64,000 nt of DNA from Chamaesiphon sp. (GCA_965246715.1 CBDFFH010000054.1:4864-68863); one strand, 5' to 3'; shown: positions 49,096-58,715, counted from the first letter of the stretch. The notes: generated by a model not told the origin, from the letters alone. Numbers and translations: made by a program.

Positions 49096-49532
49096 GCAAT
49101 GATTTACCGATTGAAGTCGCGATCGCGATTCTCCCTTCTGATGGTAAGTTTTTGATGCAATTGCGCGATAATATCCCGACGATTTTATACCCAGGTTTAT
49201 GGGGGTTGTTTGGCGGGCATATCGAAGCGGGTGAGACACCAGAAATAGCCGTCAAACGGGAAATAATGGAGGAGATCGGTTACGAGCTTATCGCTCCGCA
49301 AAAATTCGGCTGTTATAGTGACGATCGCGTTATCAGGCATGTTTTTTATGCACCACTGACTGCTGAAATCGATAAATTAGTTTTGGGTGAAGGTTGGGAT
49401 TTTGGATTGATTACCCCAGCTCAAATTATGACAGGATCTGCCTATTCACCGATTGCGAAAGAGGAACGTCCGATCGGTGTCGTTCATCAACATATCATGA
49501 CTGACTTTATAGAATGGTGGGGAAGCACTTAA
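49092..49532 (+). CDS. NUDIX hydrolase
   Basis: Nudix box GGHIEAGETPEIAVKREIMEEIG. ATG 49092 overlaps the DUF2237 stop (ATGA). Confidence 0.85.
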   Translation: MSNDLPIEVAIAILPSDGKFLMQLRDNIPTILYPGLWGLFGGHIEAGETPEIAVKREIMEEIGYELIAPQKFGCYSDDRVIRHVFYAPLTAEIDKLVLGEGWDFGLITPAQIMTGSAYSPIAKEERPIGVVHQHIMTDFIEWWGST

Positions 49533-49804
49533 ATTTATGAATTATGAATTCCTAGATCGATTAAGATTCGATCTGCGGCTAGAATATGTCCAGTAAATAA
49601 TCGAGCACAGTTAAATATCGGATAGCTCGGAGGGTGAATATCGCCACGATCGAGTTTGAAGCTGATTACTCAGCTATCGATATTTTTGCCTATCTCCTTA
49701 GCCGGATTTCATTAGTTGAGCTAGAGAACTTTTATTTATCTCCGATCGAGAAAGTTCTTTAGTCGTCCACTCCAATATACACCCACCCCCCGATTTTTAG
49801 AATT

Positions 49805-50791
49805 ATGACAGTACTAAACGCAAGAGAGGCTCACTCGGAAACGATCTACTCGGATATCCCCGCAATCGAAACCGATCGATTGCGAAAAGTTTATCGCACT
49901 GGATTTTGGCTCGACAAGAAAATTGAGTCTTTAAAAGAATGTACATTACAGGTTTATCAAGGTGAAACCTTCGGACTATTAGGCTTGAATGGCGCGGGGA
50001 AAACTACTCTGCTCAAGACATTATTGGGGATCGTCCGCCCGACCGCTGGTAAAGCGAGATTATTTGGTAGACCATTAGGCGATCGATCTGTCAAACAACA
50101 GCTCGGTTATCTACCAGAAAATCCTTATTTCTATGATTTTCTCACTGGCTGGGAACTCTTAGAATACACCGCTGGTTTATTTGAAATCCCTCGATCGATC
50201 TCCAAACAACGCATTCCAGAATTATTAGATCTCGTCGGATTAGATCGATCGTCTGCGAAAAAAAAGCAACTCCGGCAGTACTCCAAGGGCATGGTACAAC
50301 GTGTGGGAATGGCGCAGGCATTGATTAACGATCCGGAACTCGTATTTCTCGACGAACCGATGTCTGGACTCGATCCGCTCGGTCGAAAACAGATGCGTGA
50401 TATTATCGTCTCCTTGGGCGATGCGGGGAAAACAGTCTTCTTTAATAGCCACGTTTTAACGGAGGTCGAACAGGTCTGCAATCGCGTGGGGATCTTAGCT
50501 AGAGGCGAACTAATTTGTTGCGGGACATTAGACGAATTACTCACCGATCGCGATCGCTTTTATTATGTCTCTGGACGCGGTGGAAATTCCGAAATTCTCA
50601 GTCGCTGGATTCCCGATCTCGTTTACCATGACGAGCGATGGTCGGGACAAATTAATGGCGACCCTCAAGAATTCATGGGTACGTTGCGGCTATTAAATGC
50701 TGAATTAATTTCCCTCACACAAGGACGCGCATCGCTAGAAGAATTTTTTATGGAACAGATGGAATTACGGGGTATTCGATCGAGTAGTTAA
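49805..50791 (+). CDS. ABC transporter ATP-binding protein (ABC-2/DrrA-like)
   Basis: Walker A GLNGAGKTT, signature-like YSKGMVQR, Walker B LVFLDEP. Confidence 0.9.
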   Translation: MTVLNAREAHSETIYSDIPAIETDRLRKVYRTGFWLDKKIESLKECTLQVYQGETFGLLGLNGAGKTTLLKTLLGIVRPTAGKARLFGRPLGDRSVKQQLGYLPENPYFYDFLTGWELLEYTAGLFEIPRSISKQRIPELLDLVGLDRSSAKKKQLRQYSKGMVQRVGMAQALINDPELVFLDEPMSGLDPLGRKQMRDIIVSLGDAGKTVFFNSHVLTEVEQVCNRVGILARGELICCGTLDELLTDRDRFYYVSGRGGNSEILSRWIPDLVYHDERWSGQINGDPQEFMGTLRLLNAELISLTQGRASLEEFFMEQMELRGIRSSS

Positions 50792-51045
50792 GGTATCTCC
50801 CCGACTGATTGAGGATGTCGGGGCTATGTCTTCAAAAAGAGTCTAGTTTGGTGACACCGTGATTTCTGCGGTGAAGATTCACTTTCCAAAATTAAATTAT
50901 GGTGCGAAAAGTGTTCGACAGGATCTATTATTTGCCTTAATACTAACTCGATCTCGATCTTATTTATTGGTAAGTATCTTCAATCTGCAAAACAGCAATG
51001 TCGGCGGTAAAGCACGGTATGGAGAGTTCCAGTCGCTAAATTAAT

Positions 51046-51176
51046 TAACCCAAGTTGCTACTTACTAAAATGCCAACGATTGAAATCGTGGCTAGTGATA
51101 CAAAGTCCGCGTAGGCGGACTTTGTATCACTAGCCACGATTTTAACCGCTTGAGTTGTAGGTAGCAACTTGGGTTA
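51046..51176. repeat. MITE of the TAACCCAAGTTGCTAC family, short palindromic copy C
   Basis: TIRs TAACCCAAGTTGCTAC / GTAGCAACTTGGGTTA. The core is a perfect 27-bp stem (51084-51110 with 51115-51141) and a 4-nt loop. Confidence 0.85.
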
Positions 51177-51529
51177 CTTAGGCGTGTTTTCGATCCTACC
51201 CATCTTCAGGAGAAATACACCACTACAAATAGCCGAAAATAATCGATCGAACTTGGATCTATTTCAGCCTTCTGACCGATTGAAATCGTAACCCGCCAAA
51301 TGCCTCAATGCAATCGATCGAATGATGCGGTACTATCGAATGGATCGTGCGTCTCAAGGATTGCGAGCGCGATAGTTACTAAAAAACAAGGTTGTTTATC
51401 CATCAAAGGGATTAAAAAGCAGCTAATATCTAACAGCCAAATTATGCCTTGCGGGATTTGTCGATAGATTAATATATATTTCATACCTACTATACTTTAT
51501 TATTAACTTTTAATAGGAGCACAATTTTG

Positions 51530-52867
51530 ATGGGACGGATTTTTGTCTGCGCGATCTACGGTGGCTATGAAAATGCTGCCGCCGATCCAGAAAAGACCGG
51601 TAGCGAGCCGAATGAAGCCAGAGAAATGGTCTCGCTGCGCGATGCGATCGTGCCCGAATTACGGAACCGCAGCTTTGAAGTTGTAGCTGTACCAGATTCC
51701 GACAATCTTAGAGCTAGTATCGACTGGATCGATCGCCGAGCCAAACCAGGCGATATCGCATTGGGCATTCATGCTGATGCTTACGCTCACTCGCAGACTA
51801 GGGGTGTGAGTACTTTTTATATCGCCAAAAATGGCGAACGCAAAAATCACGCCCAGATGCTGCTACTGGCATTTTCCAGTCGCGTGCCCGACTTACCCAG
51901 CCGAGGAGCCAAGCCAGATACCACCACGGCTACAGGCAGTTTAGCTTTTTGTAGAAGATTGACGATTCCCTCACTATTAATGGAAATTGGGTTTAAAGTC
52001 GATAGCGACGATCGGTTGAAGATCCAAGCCTATCGCCGCGAAATTGCCCTCGGCATCGCCGATGGCTTAGTCACTTGGAGTCGCGACGCGCAGGTACAAG
52101 CGACCAGCAACAACCATACGGTACCCGTACATCTCAAAGTTAATGACGAACCCTATCCCGAACGTGGGATTGCAATTAATGGCAATGTTTATATTCCGAT
52201 CGATCTCGCCGACCGTTTGGGACTCGCACTCGCGCTCAATCCACAGCTTCGCCGCATTCGTTATCGAGGCGTAGTTTATATCAAAGCGATCGAATTGCGC
52301 GATTTGAACATCTCGATCGTCTCGGAGATCGGACGGACGTATAATATTCGTTCCCAACATGCCTTCACTGCTGATGAATTCGATCGGATTATGAGTGGGG
52401 GACATACAACTGCTACTCAGCTCGATGAGTTCCTGACTGCAAATAATCTCGATGTCGCCAGCAACTTCCCAAATCTTGCAGAAATTTATATCGAAGAAGC
52501 TAAAGCCGAAGGTGTCAATCCCGACCTCGCTTTTGCCCAAATGTGTCTAGAAACGCGCTTCTTGACCTTTGGTGGTGCGATCTTGCCTGATTTTAACAAT
52601 TTTGCTAGTTTAGGAGATCGCCAGACAGAATGGGCGAGTTTTAGCAACCCCCGCATCGGCGTTCGCGCGCATATCCAACAGCTCAAGGCTTATGCCAGTA
52701 ACGATCTGTTAGTCCAAGAATGCGTCGCCCCCCGATTCGAGCTAGTCAAACGCGGTATTGCCCCGACGTTGCGCCAACTAACCGGGAGATGGTCGGCAGA
52801 TGGACTATATGCAATTAAGGTAGCGGCGGTACTCCGCCGGTTGTACGAGACAGCTGGCATCTTTTAG
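51530..52867 (+). CDS. bifunctional-looking cell wall hydrolase: Amidase_3-like N-domain plus glucosaminidase-like C-domain, no signal peptide
   Basis: N-domain motifs GIHADA and LLMEIGF (MurNAc-LAA type). C-domain AFAQMCLETRFLTFGG...NNFASLG (glucosaminidase/FlgJ type). AGGAG lies 10 nt before ATG 51530. Confidence 0.75.
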   Translation: MGRIFVCAIYGGYENAAADPEKTGSEPNEAREMVSLRDAIVPELRNRSFEVVAVPDSDNLRASIDWIDRRAKPGDIALGIHADAYAHSQTRGVSTFYIAKNGERKNHAQMLLLAFSSRVPDLPSRGAKPDTTTATGSLAFCRRLTIPSLLMEIGFKVDSDDRLKIQAYRREIALGIADGLVTWSRDAQVQATSNNHTVPVHLKVNDEPYPERGIAINGNVYIPIDLADRLGLALALNPQLRRIRYRGVVYIKAIELRDLNISIVSEIGRTYNIRSQHAFTADEFDRIMSGGHTTATQLDEFLTANNLDVASNFPNLAEIYIEEAKAEGVNPDLAFAQMCLETRFLTFGGAILPDFNNFASLGDRQTEWASFSNPRIGVRAHIQQLKAYASNDLLVQECVAPRFELVKRGIAPTLRQLTGRWSADGLYAIKVAAVLRRLYETAGIF

Positions 52868-53081
52868 CACCCGATGGCGAGGCATGACAGGCGATTTTGC
52901 ACGGAGCAAGATCGGCTGCGACTGGTGGAAATCACTACTGCACGCAACAAATTTAACCCTGCTAGAGTCATTCAGTATTAGCTAAAATTTAAAGTAGTAG
53001 ATTGCAAGGCGATTGGTTCGCAACAAAGTAATCTACCGAGCTAGCTGCGATTGCTAACAGAATTGTATAAGTGCGAGTTGT

Positions 53082-54395
53082 ATGTCAGAACCACGAGAAA
53101 ACTCACCAACCGAGCGTCAGTCCGAAGTTAAGGCACCCTCAGATACCCCAATCGCTCCGCCAGCGCCACGCATTGGATCGAACAAATTGCGACAAGGCAG
53201 TAAATATATTTCGCTGCTACTGTTGAGTACGATCGCTAGTTGTTCTTTTGGCTATTTAGCGGCCAAACAACAAACGCCTAATGCAATCGTTGAATCCCCA
53301 GCTGTGGCTTCGCCACAAGTTGCAAGTAGCAGTAGTATTTTAACTGGGGCCAATAGTAACTTTATCAGCCAAGTGGTCGATCGCGTCGGGCCAGCCGTAG
53401 TTAGAATCAATGCCTCAAAAGTTGTCGCTACACGCCAAGTTTCAGGGGATGAATTTGACGATCCATTCTTTAAAAAATTCTTTGGTTCGCAAACTCCACA
53501 ACAAAGCCAGCCGCAAGAGCGAGAAGTTCAACGTGGGACTGGTTCGGGATTTGTGATTAATAAAAATGGGCAAATCATGACAAACGCTCATGTTGTCTAT
53601 GGAGCCACCAAAGTTACGGTTACCCTCAAAGATGGCCGGACTGTAGATGGTAAAGTCAAAGGACTCGATCGCGTTACCGATGTAGCGATAATTCAAGTTG
53701 CCGAGAAAAATCTCCCTAGCATTCAAATTGGCAATTCCGATGCGATTAAACCAGGCGAATGGGCAATCGCCATCGGCAATCCATTGGGCTTGAATAATAC
53801 CGTTACGGCGGGAATTATCAGTGGGACGGGGCGGAGTAGCCGCGACATTGGGGCGACGGATAAACGCGTAAATTATATTCAAACCGATGCAGCGATCAAT
53901 CCGGGCAACTCTGGTGGCCCCTTACTCAATGCTGCCGGGCAAGTCATCGGGATGAATACTGCGATCTTGCGCGGTACCCAAGGGCTGGGCTTTGCCATTC
54001 CGATTAATACCGCCCAAAGAATCGCCAACGAACTGATTGCCACAGGCAAAGCCGAGCATCCCTTCTTGGGCGTGCAGATGATCGATCTTACGCCGCAACT
54101 CAAGAAAGAGATCGACAACGATCCTAGTGCTACCTTCAAGCTCGATACCGACAAAGGTAGTCTAATCGCCCGTGTCATTCGGAACTCTCCCGCAGCTAAG
54201 GCCGGAATTCGCTCTGGTGACGTGATTCAAAGTGTCAACGGTAAAGCCGTCAAAGATGCTAATGAAGTACAGCAAGCGCTCGAAAATACCAAAGTAGGCG
54301 AAAATGTACGCGTCCAAGTGCGGCGAAGTGCCCAAAACATCGATCTCAATGTTACTTCGGTCGCCGCCCCACCACTGGCAGAGGAATCTGAATAA
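53082..54395 (+). CDS. HtrA/DegP-family serine protease with one PDZ domain
   Basis: TNAHV, D, GNSGGPLL catalytic triad context. N-terminal TM anchor. C-terminal PDZ. Confidence 0.9.
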   Translation: MSEPRENSPTERQSEVKAPSDTPIAPPAPRIGSNKLRQGSKYISLLLLSTIASCSFGYLAAKQQTPNAIVESPAVASPQVASSSSILTGANSNFISQVVDRVGPAVVRINASKVVATRQVSGDEFDDPFFKKFFGSQTPQQSQPQEREVQRGTGSGFVINKNGQIMTNAHVVYGATKVTVTLKDGRTVDGKVKGLDRVTDVAIIQVAEKNLPSIQIGNSDAIKPGEWAIAIGNPLGLNNTVTAGIISGTGRSSRDIGATDKRVNYIQTDAAINPGNSGGPLLNAAGQVIGMNTAILRGTQGLGFAIPINTAQRIANELIATGKAEHPFLGVQMIDLTPQLKKEIDNDPSATFKLDTDKGSLIARVIRNSPAAKAGIRSGDVIQSVNGKAVKDANEVQQALENTKVGENVRVQVRRSAQNIDLNVTSVAAPPLAEESE

Positions 54396-54464
54396 GCAAT
54401 GTGAATGATGAATCGCCGATCGTCAATTATGCTGCATAATTCAACAGCCACTAGTTACTAAATA

Positions 54465-54905
54465 ATGCCAATTTACTTTTATAGCGATCGAGAAGTGCCA
54501 TATGGGTGCTTCTCGAATTTTTCTAGACACGGATTTGTGATGGACAAATTGTGGTGGCATACCTGCGAGCACTACTTTCAGGCGCAGAAGTTTGTCGGCA
54601 CGCCATATCTCGAACAAATTCGCTCCACGAATACTCCAAAAACTGCTGCCAATATCGGTAGAAAACGTACTTTACCCTTGCGGAGCGACTGGGAACGCGT
54701 CAAGGATGCAATCATGCTGCGAGCCGTATTGCATAAGTTTCAAACACATTTAGATATTCGTGAAATTTTACTCGCTACTGGCGACGAACCGATCGTGGAG
54801 AACGCTCCAGGCGATTATTATTGGGGCTGTGGTAAAGATGGTACCGGGCGAAATCAGCTTGGCTTGACTTTAATGCAAGTGCGCGAGATATTAAGGCAAG
54901 CGTAG
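54465..54905 (+). CDS. NADAR (DUF1768/YbiA-like) family protein
   Basis: YGCFSNFSRHGF...W.T.EHYFQAQKF...YWGCG pattern. Confidence 0.85.
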   Translation: MPIYFYSDREVPYGCFSNFSRHGFVMDKLWWHTCEHYFQAQKFVGTPYLEQIRSTNTPKTAANIGRKRTLPLRSDWERVKDAIMLRAVLHKFQTHLDIREILLATGDEPIVENAPGDYYWGCGKDGTGRNQLGLTLMQVREILRQA

Positions 54906-54946
54906 AGCGATCGAACATTACCGAACCCCATTAACACTATTTGGTA

Positions 54947-55182
54947 ATTAACCCAAGTTGCTACCCATAACCTAAGCGGTTAGAAACCGCTCCTCGGAGT
55001 GCAAAGTCCGGTTGTTGCCGCTCGCGGCAAAAGCCTGCCTTCGCGGACTAGTTTATTAGTCCGCGAAGGCGGACTTTGCAACATTAGCCACGATTTGCGA
55101 TTCGCGCTCCTCGGGTTCCCCGAGGGTTTAGCGAATCAAGATACAATCGTAGGCGTTCTATTAGGTAGCAACTTGGGTTAAT
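54947..55182. repeat. MITE of the TAACCCAAGTTGCTAC family, long copy D
   Basis: ATTAACCCAAGTTGCTACC / GGTAGCAACTTGGGTTAAT ends. Contains the GTTTATTAGTCCGCGAAGGCGGACTTTGCAACATTAGCCACGATTT module also present in copy B. Confidence 0.85.
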
Positions 55183-55301
55183 TATGGGACTTAACTCGAC
55201 GAAAATAAATAACGATCGACAAATCGAGCGTTTTATTCATAAATTCAGCATGATTTAGAAACTAACTACCTAGTTACTATCCCCTCATCCCTAATCCCTA
55301 A

Positions 55302-55766
55302 ATGATAAAATCCTGGCTGGTAATTGGCATCGTGGCAGTATTAGTCGCCGTTGGGCTGGGGCGGTTAAATACACCTGAAGGGTATCGGTGGTTCAATCGC
55401 CAACGTCGTCCACAATGGTTGACCTTCGAGCGGCTGATTCCCGTAATTTGGACGGTGGTGTTTATTTGCGGTGCGTGGTCGGCTTACCTCGTGTGGGAAG
55501 CAGCTCCTGGCAAGAATCAAACTTGGGGCTTGATGGCATTATATCTGCTCTTAGAAGTGGCAATTATGGCTTACACGCCCTCAATGTTTGTGTTTCGGAG
55601 TCTGAGAGCCGGAACGATCGTTGGTGGTGTAGGCTGGGTTATTGGGGCGATTCTGGCGATCTTAGTATTTCCAGTTTCGAGTACGGCGCTGCTGTTATTA
55701 GTTCCTTATTTATTGTGGAGTCCGATCGGTACTTATGTCACCTGGGTCATGGAAGGGTTGAATTAA
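55302..55766 (+). CDS. tspO: TspO/MBR (tryptophan-rich sensory protein) family
   Basis: 154 aa, five TM helices, W-rich (RWFNRQRRPQW..., LWSPIGTYVTW). Confidence 0.85.
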   Translation: MIKSWLVIGIVAVLVAVGLGRLNTPEGYRWFNRQRRPQWLTFERLIPVIWTVVFICGAWSAYLVWEAAPGKNQTWGLMALYLLLEVAIMAYTPSMFVFRSLRAGTIVGGVGWVIGAILAILVFPVSSTALLLLVPYLLWSPIGTYVTWVMEGLN

Positions 55767-55852
55767 TTGCTGAATGCGGATATCCGCCTGGCCTGCTCGA
55801 TTTCCTCTACAATGACAGACGGAATAATTATCGAGAGCGTAACACAGCTATC

Positions 55853-56341
55853 ATGGGCGAAAATTTAACACAATTATTGGAACCGATCGCCAGTCAATTT
55901 CGCGCTCTCAATCTACCCGAACCCATCACTCATTGGGGACATCCGTTCTTTATGAGCATCGTGATGTTTGTGATGGGTGGTTATGGCGTGTATGCTGGCT
56001 GGAAAGGTAGGTTATTAACAGCTACCGATGTCGATGCGGCGATTAAGAATAAGGCAGATCACCAGAAAATTATGCCAGTAATGTTTGCCTTTATGGCGAT
56101 CGGTGCTACTGGGGGCATACTAGCATTGGTCATCCAAAAGCACGCAGTAATGGCAAGTCCACATTTCTGGACGGCTGTAGTTGTCTTGACCTTGTTAACG
56201 ATTAATGGACTGATTTCTGGAACTGGGTTTGGGGGAAATAAGCCCGAACTGCGTAAATTTCACGCTTACTTTGGTAGCACGATTTTTGGGGCGATGGTCG
56301 TTCATGCCCTGCTCGGCTTAAAATTGGGTTTGTCGATTTAG
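55853..56341 (+). CDS. DUF4079-like membrane protein
   Basis: Start at ATG 55853 (MGENLTQLL...). HWGHPFFM and four TM helices. The upstream part of the track ORF overlaps tspO in another frame. Confidence 0.6.
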   Translation: MGENLTQLLEPIASQFRALNLPEPITHWGHPFFMSIVMFVMGGYGVYAGWKGRLLTATDVDAAIKNKADHQKIMPVMFAFMAIGATGGILALVIQKHAVMASPHFWTAVVVLTLLTINGLISGTGFGGNKPELRKFHAYFGSTIFGAMVVHALLGLKLGLSI

Positions 56342-56370
56342 CAGTCCACAGATCGATCTAGAAAATAAAG

Positions 56371-56401
56371 ACCCCCGACTGTTGATAAGTCGGGGGTTTT
56401 G
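56371..56401. terminator. Bidirectional Rho-independent terminator between convergent genes
   Basis: ACCCCCGACT-GTTGATA-AGTCGGGGGT (10-bp stem), with AAAATAAAG on the left and TTTTGC on the right. Confidence 0.8.
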
Positions 56402-56411
56402 CATAAAAACA

Positions 56412-58715
56412 CTAATTTGAATTGTTATCACTATTCCCCGAGGATGGGGATGTAGAGGGTACGGAATTATTGCGCGGAGCGGGTACGGCAATCGGCTCCG
56501 GCTTGGGAGAGGGTACTTCGATCGGTTCTGGCTTGGGAGAACTGGTGGACTCGGTACTATCGGACTTGGGTGTAGTTGCGGGAGTTGCAGTTGATGGGGT
56601 TTCGGTATTTGTCACGCGGTTGCGGCGGCGACGACGCGGAGTTGGTGTTTCTTCATTAGTAGAATCCACTACTCGGCGGCGACGGCGGGGAGTTGATGTT
56701 TCTTCACTATTAGAGTCAACTTGTCGACGCTGTCTAACTTGAGGACTAGGCTCTGCTTCCGGCCGTCGCACACGTTTTCGCCGACGAACGGGTCGTTCCG
56801 ATTCGGTAGTAGAACTACTACTGGGACTGGGACTGACTTTTGGAGTTTCGATCGGGACGATTGTGGGCGCGACACTCGGGCTACTATCCCCAGAAGTTTG
56901 ACTTGGAGTGCTGGAACTAGGAGTGATGCCATTACTGCCACTGGGGACAGGAATACCTAATGGTGGCGTAGCACCAGTAGATGGCGTAATCGAATCTGGT
57001 GAAGGTGAGGGGGATGGGAGCGCCACTAGCTGGGTGACGCTGAGCTTATAGGGGTATGCCTTGCCGGATAAACCAGCGATCGGCCGTAACTCGATCGTAT
57101 AGTCGCCTGCTGTATCGATTTGCCCGCGCCAACCGACGACTCGATCGGCTTGAGCGTCGAGCGGTGTACCTGTTGGTGACAGCACCGACATCAGTACCTG
57201 AGTTGGGGTTATTGGTGCGATGCTAGCTGCGGGAGAAATCTTTGTAGACTTGGGACTCTGAGTGGGAATTGCCCCAGGAATTGCGGGTAAGGGCGAAATA
57301 GTACTCGGACTGGGACTCGATTGCGTTCCAGTTGTCGGTAGCGGGGATTTCGTTGGATCGCTACTCGAACTCGATATCGGCACGAGTTGGATGTCCAGAA
57401 CTTGCCCGCTAGTGGCCGCGATTTTATATCGGGTCGGCGTAGTAGCATCGACTGTCCCCTCTTTAACCACGGCGCTATTTAAGACTGGTTGAATCGTATC
57501 AGCATCAGTCGTTACAGTCGGATTGCTACTAGGACTACTCCCAGTGGGAATTGTGGGATTATTGAAGTCGATTTGTTTGGGCGGAGTACTCGCCTGTTCG
57601 GGCGATTTATTGTGTAACAGATGAGTGACGGCAAACCAAGAGCCGAGTCCAGCTAATAACGAAATCAGGATGCCCAAGGGAATAAAAACTTGGGGTTTTT
57701 CCCACACGGATTTAGGATTGAGCTGCGTAATTGCCGTCTGACCGCTTGGTGCTGTGGGTTTAGGCGTTGCCCCAACTGCTACAGTGGGCATTTCCGATGG
57801 GCGATTAACACTAGGTGATGGAACCGCTGCAACTGCTGGCTGTTGGCTGTTGGGAAGATCGGTTAATAATTGCAGATCTCGATAAACTTCGATCGCGGCT
57901 TGATAGCGTTCGTTCGGCTCGGGATTTAACATCCGTTGGAGGATGTCAGCCAATCCATCGGTAATCCGCGTCCACTTGCGCCAATCCCAATTCATCCGAT
58001 CGGCTGTAAATAAGGCGCTGGCTTCTTTACCCGTCAATAAGACGATCGCGGTAACTGCCAAGGCATACAAATCGCTGCTGGGATATAGCTGCCCGCTGGT
58101 AAATTGTTCTGGTGGTGCGTAGCCGGGTTTACCACTGTGAATCGTGCTTTGCTCGACGTTTGACTGCAATTTATCGGCAAACTCTTTGACAACGCCAAAG
58201 TCACTGAGTACGGGCAAACGATCGCTCGATCGCAAGATGATATTGTCAGGTGAAATTTCCCGGTGGATGACACCTTTACTGTGAATATAGCCAAGCGCAG
58301 GGACGACTTGCAGCAGAAACTCCCGGACTTCGGCTTCGCTAAATACCTCACCCTCATCGCGACGCTCTTCTAAAAGCTGTCCGTAGGTCTTACCCTCGAT
58401 GTAATCTAACACCAAAAAGAGGCGATCTCGTTCTTCAAACGTCGCCCAAAAACGTGGAACTTGAGAATACTGGAGTTGATAGAGGAGAATGGCTTGCTGC
58501 TTAAAAAATTCTTTAGCTTTGGTAACTGCACCAGCAACTTGAGTTCTGGCAATAAATTCCTGAATCTCACAAAATTCATCCGCATCTGTCCGCTCGGCAC
58601 CTTTAGTGCGAGCGCGATCGGTTGCGAGATATGTCCGCCCAAATCCCCCCTCTCCCAGCACATTGAGGATGCGGTAACGTTGCTGCAACAGAGTATCGGG
58701 AGGAATGGGTAGCAT
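56412..58715 (-). CDS. membrane-spanning Hanks-type Ser/Thr kinase homologue with non-canonical catalytic residues and a long P/S/T-rich, Arg-block C-terminal region
   Basis: GEGGFGRTY G-loop, DFG, GKPGYAPPEQ, one TM helix (VFIPLGILISLLAGLGSWFAV). Start set at ATG 58715. Confidence 0.85.
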   Translation of the reverse strand: MLPIPPDTLLQQRYRILNVLGEGGFGRTYLATDRARTKGAERTDADEFCEIQEFIARTQVAGAVTKAKEFFKQQAILLYQLQYSQVPRFWATFEERDRLFLVLDYIEGKTYGQLLEERRDEGEVFSEAEVREFLLQVVPALGYIHSKGVIHREISPDNIILRSSDRLPVLSDFGVVKEFADKLQSNVEQSTIHSGKPGYAPPEQFTSGQLYPSSDLYALAVTAIVLLTGKEASALFTADRMNWDWRKWTRITDGLADILQRMLNPEPNERYQAAIEVYRDLQLLTDLPNSQQPAVAAVPSPSVNRPSEMPTVAVGATPKPTAPSGQTAITQLNPKSVWEKPQVFIPLGILISLLAGLGSWFAVTHLLHNKSPEQASTPPKQIDFNNPTIPTGSSPSSNPTVTTDADTIQPVLNSAVVKEGTVDATTPTRYKIAATSGQVLDIQLVPISSSSSDPTKSPLPTTGTQSSPSPSTISPLPAIPGAIPTQSPKSTKISPAASIAPITPTQVLMSVLSPTGTPLDAQADRVVGWRGQIDTAGDYTIELRPIAGLSGKAYPYKLSVTQLVALPSPSPSPDSITPSTGATPPLGIPVPSGSNGITPSSSTPSQTSGDSSPSVAPTIVPIETPKVSPSPSSSSTTESERPVRRRKRVRRPEAEPSPQVRQRRQVDSNSEETSTPRRRRRVVDSTNEETPTPRRRRRNRVTNTETPSTATPATTPKSDSTESTSSPKPEPIEVPSPKPEPIAVPAPRNNSVPSTSPSSGNSDNNSN

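Noticed and set aside
55388-55852. N-terminal 155 codons of track ORF 55388..56341
   Set aside because: They overlap tspO in another frame and translate to non-membrane low-quality sequence. The DUF4079-like protein begins plausibly at ATG 55853.
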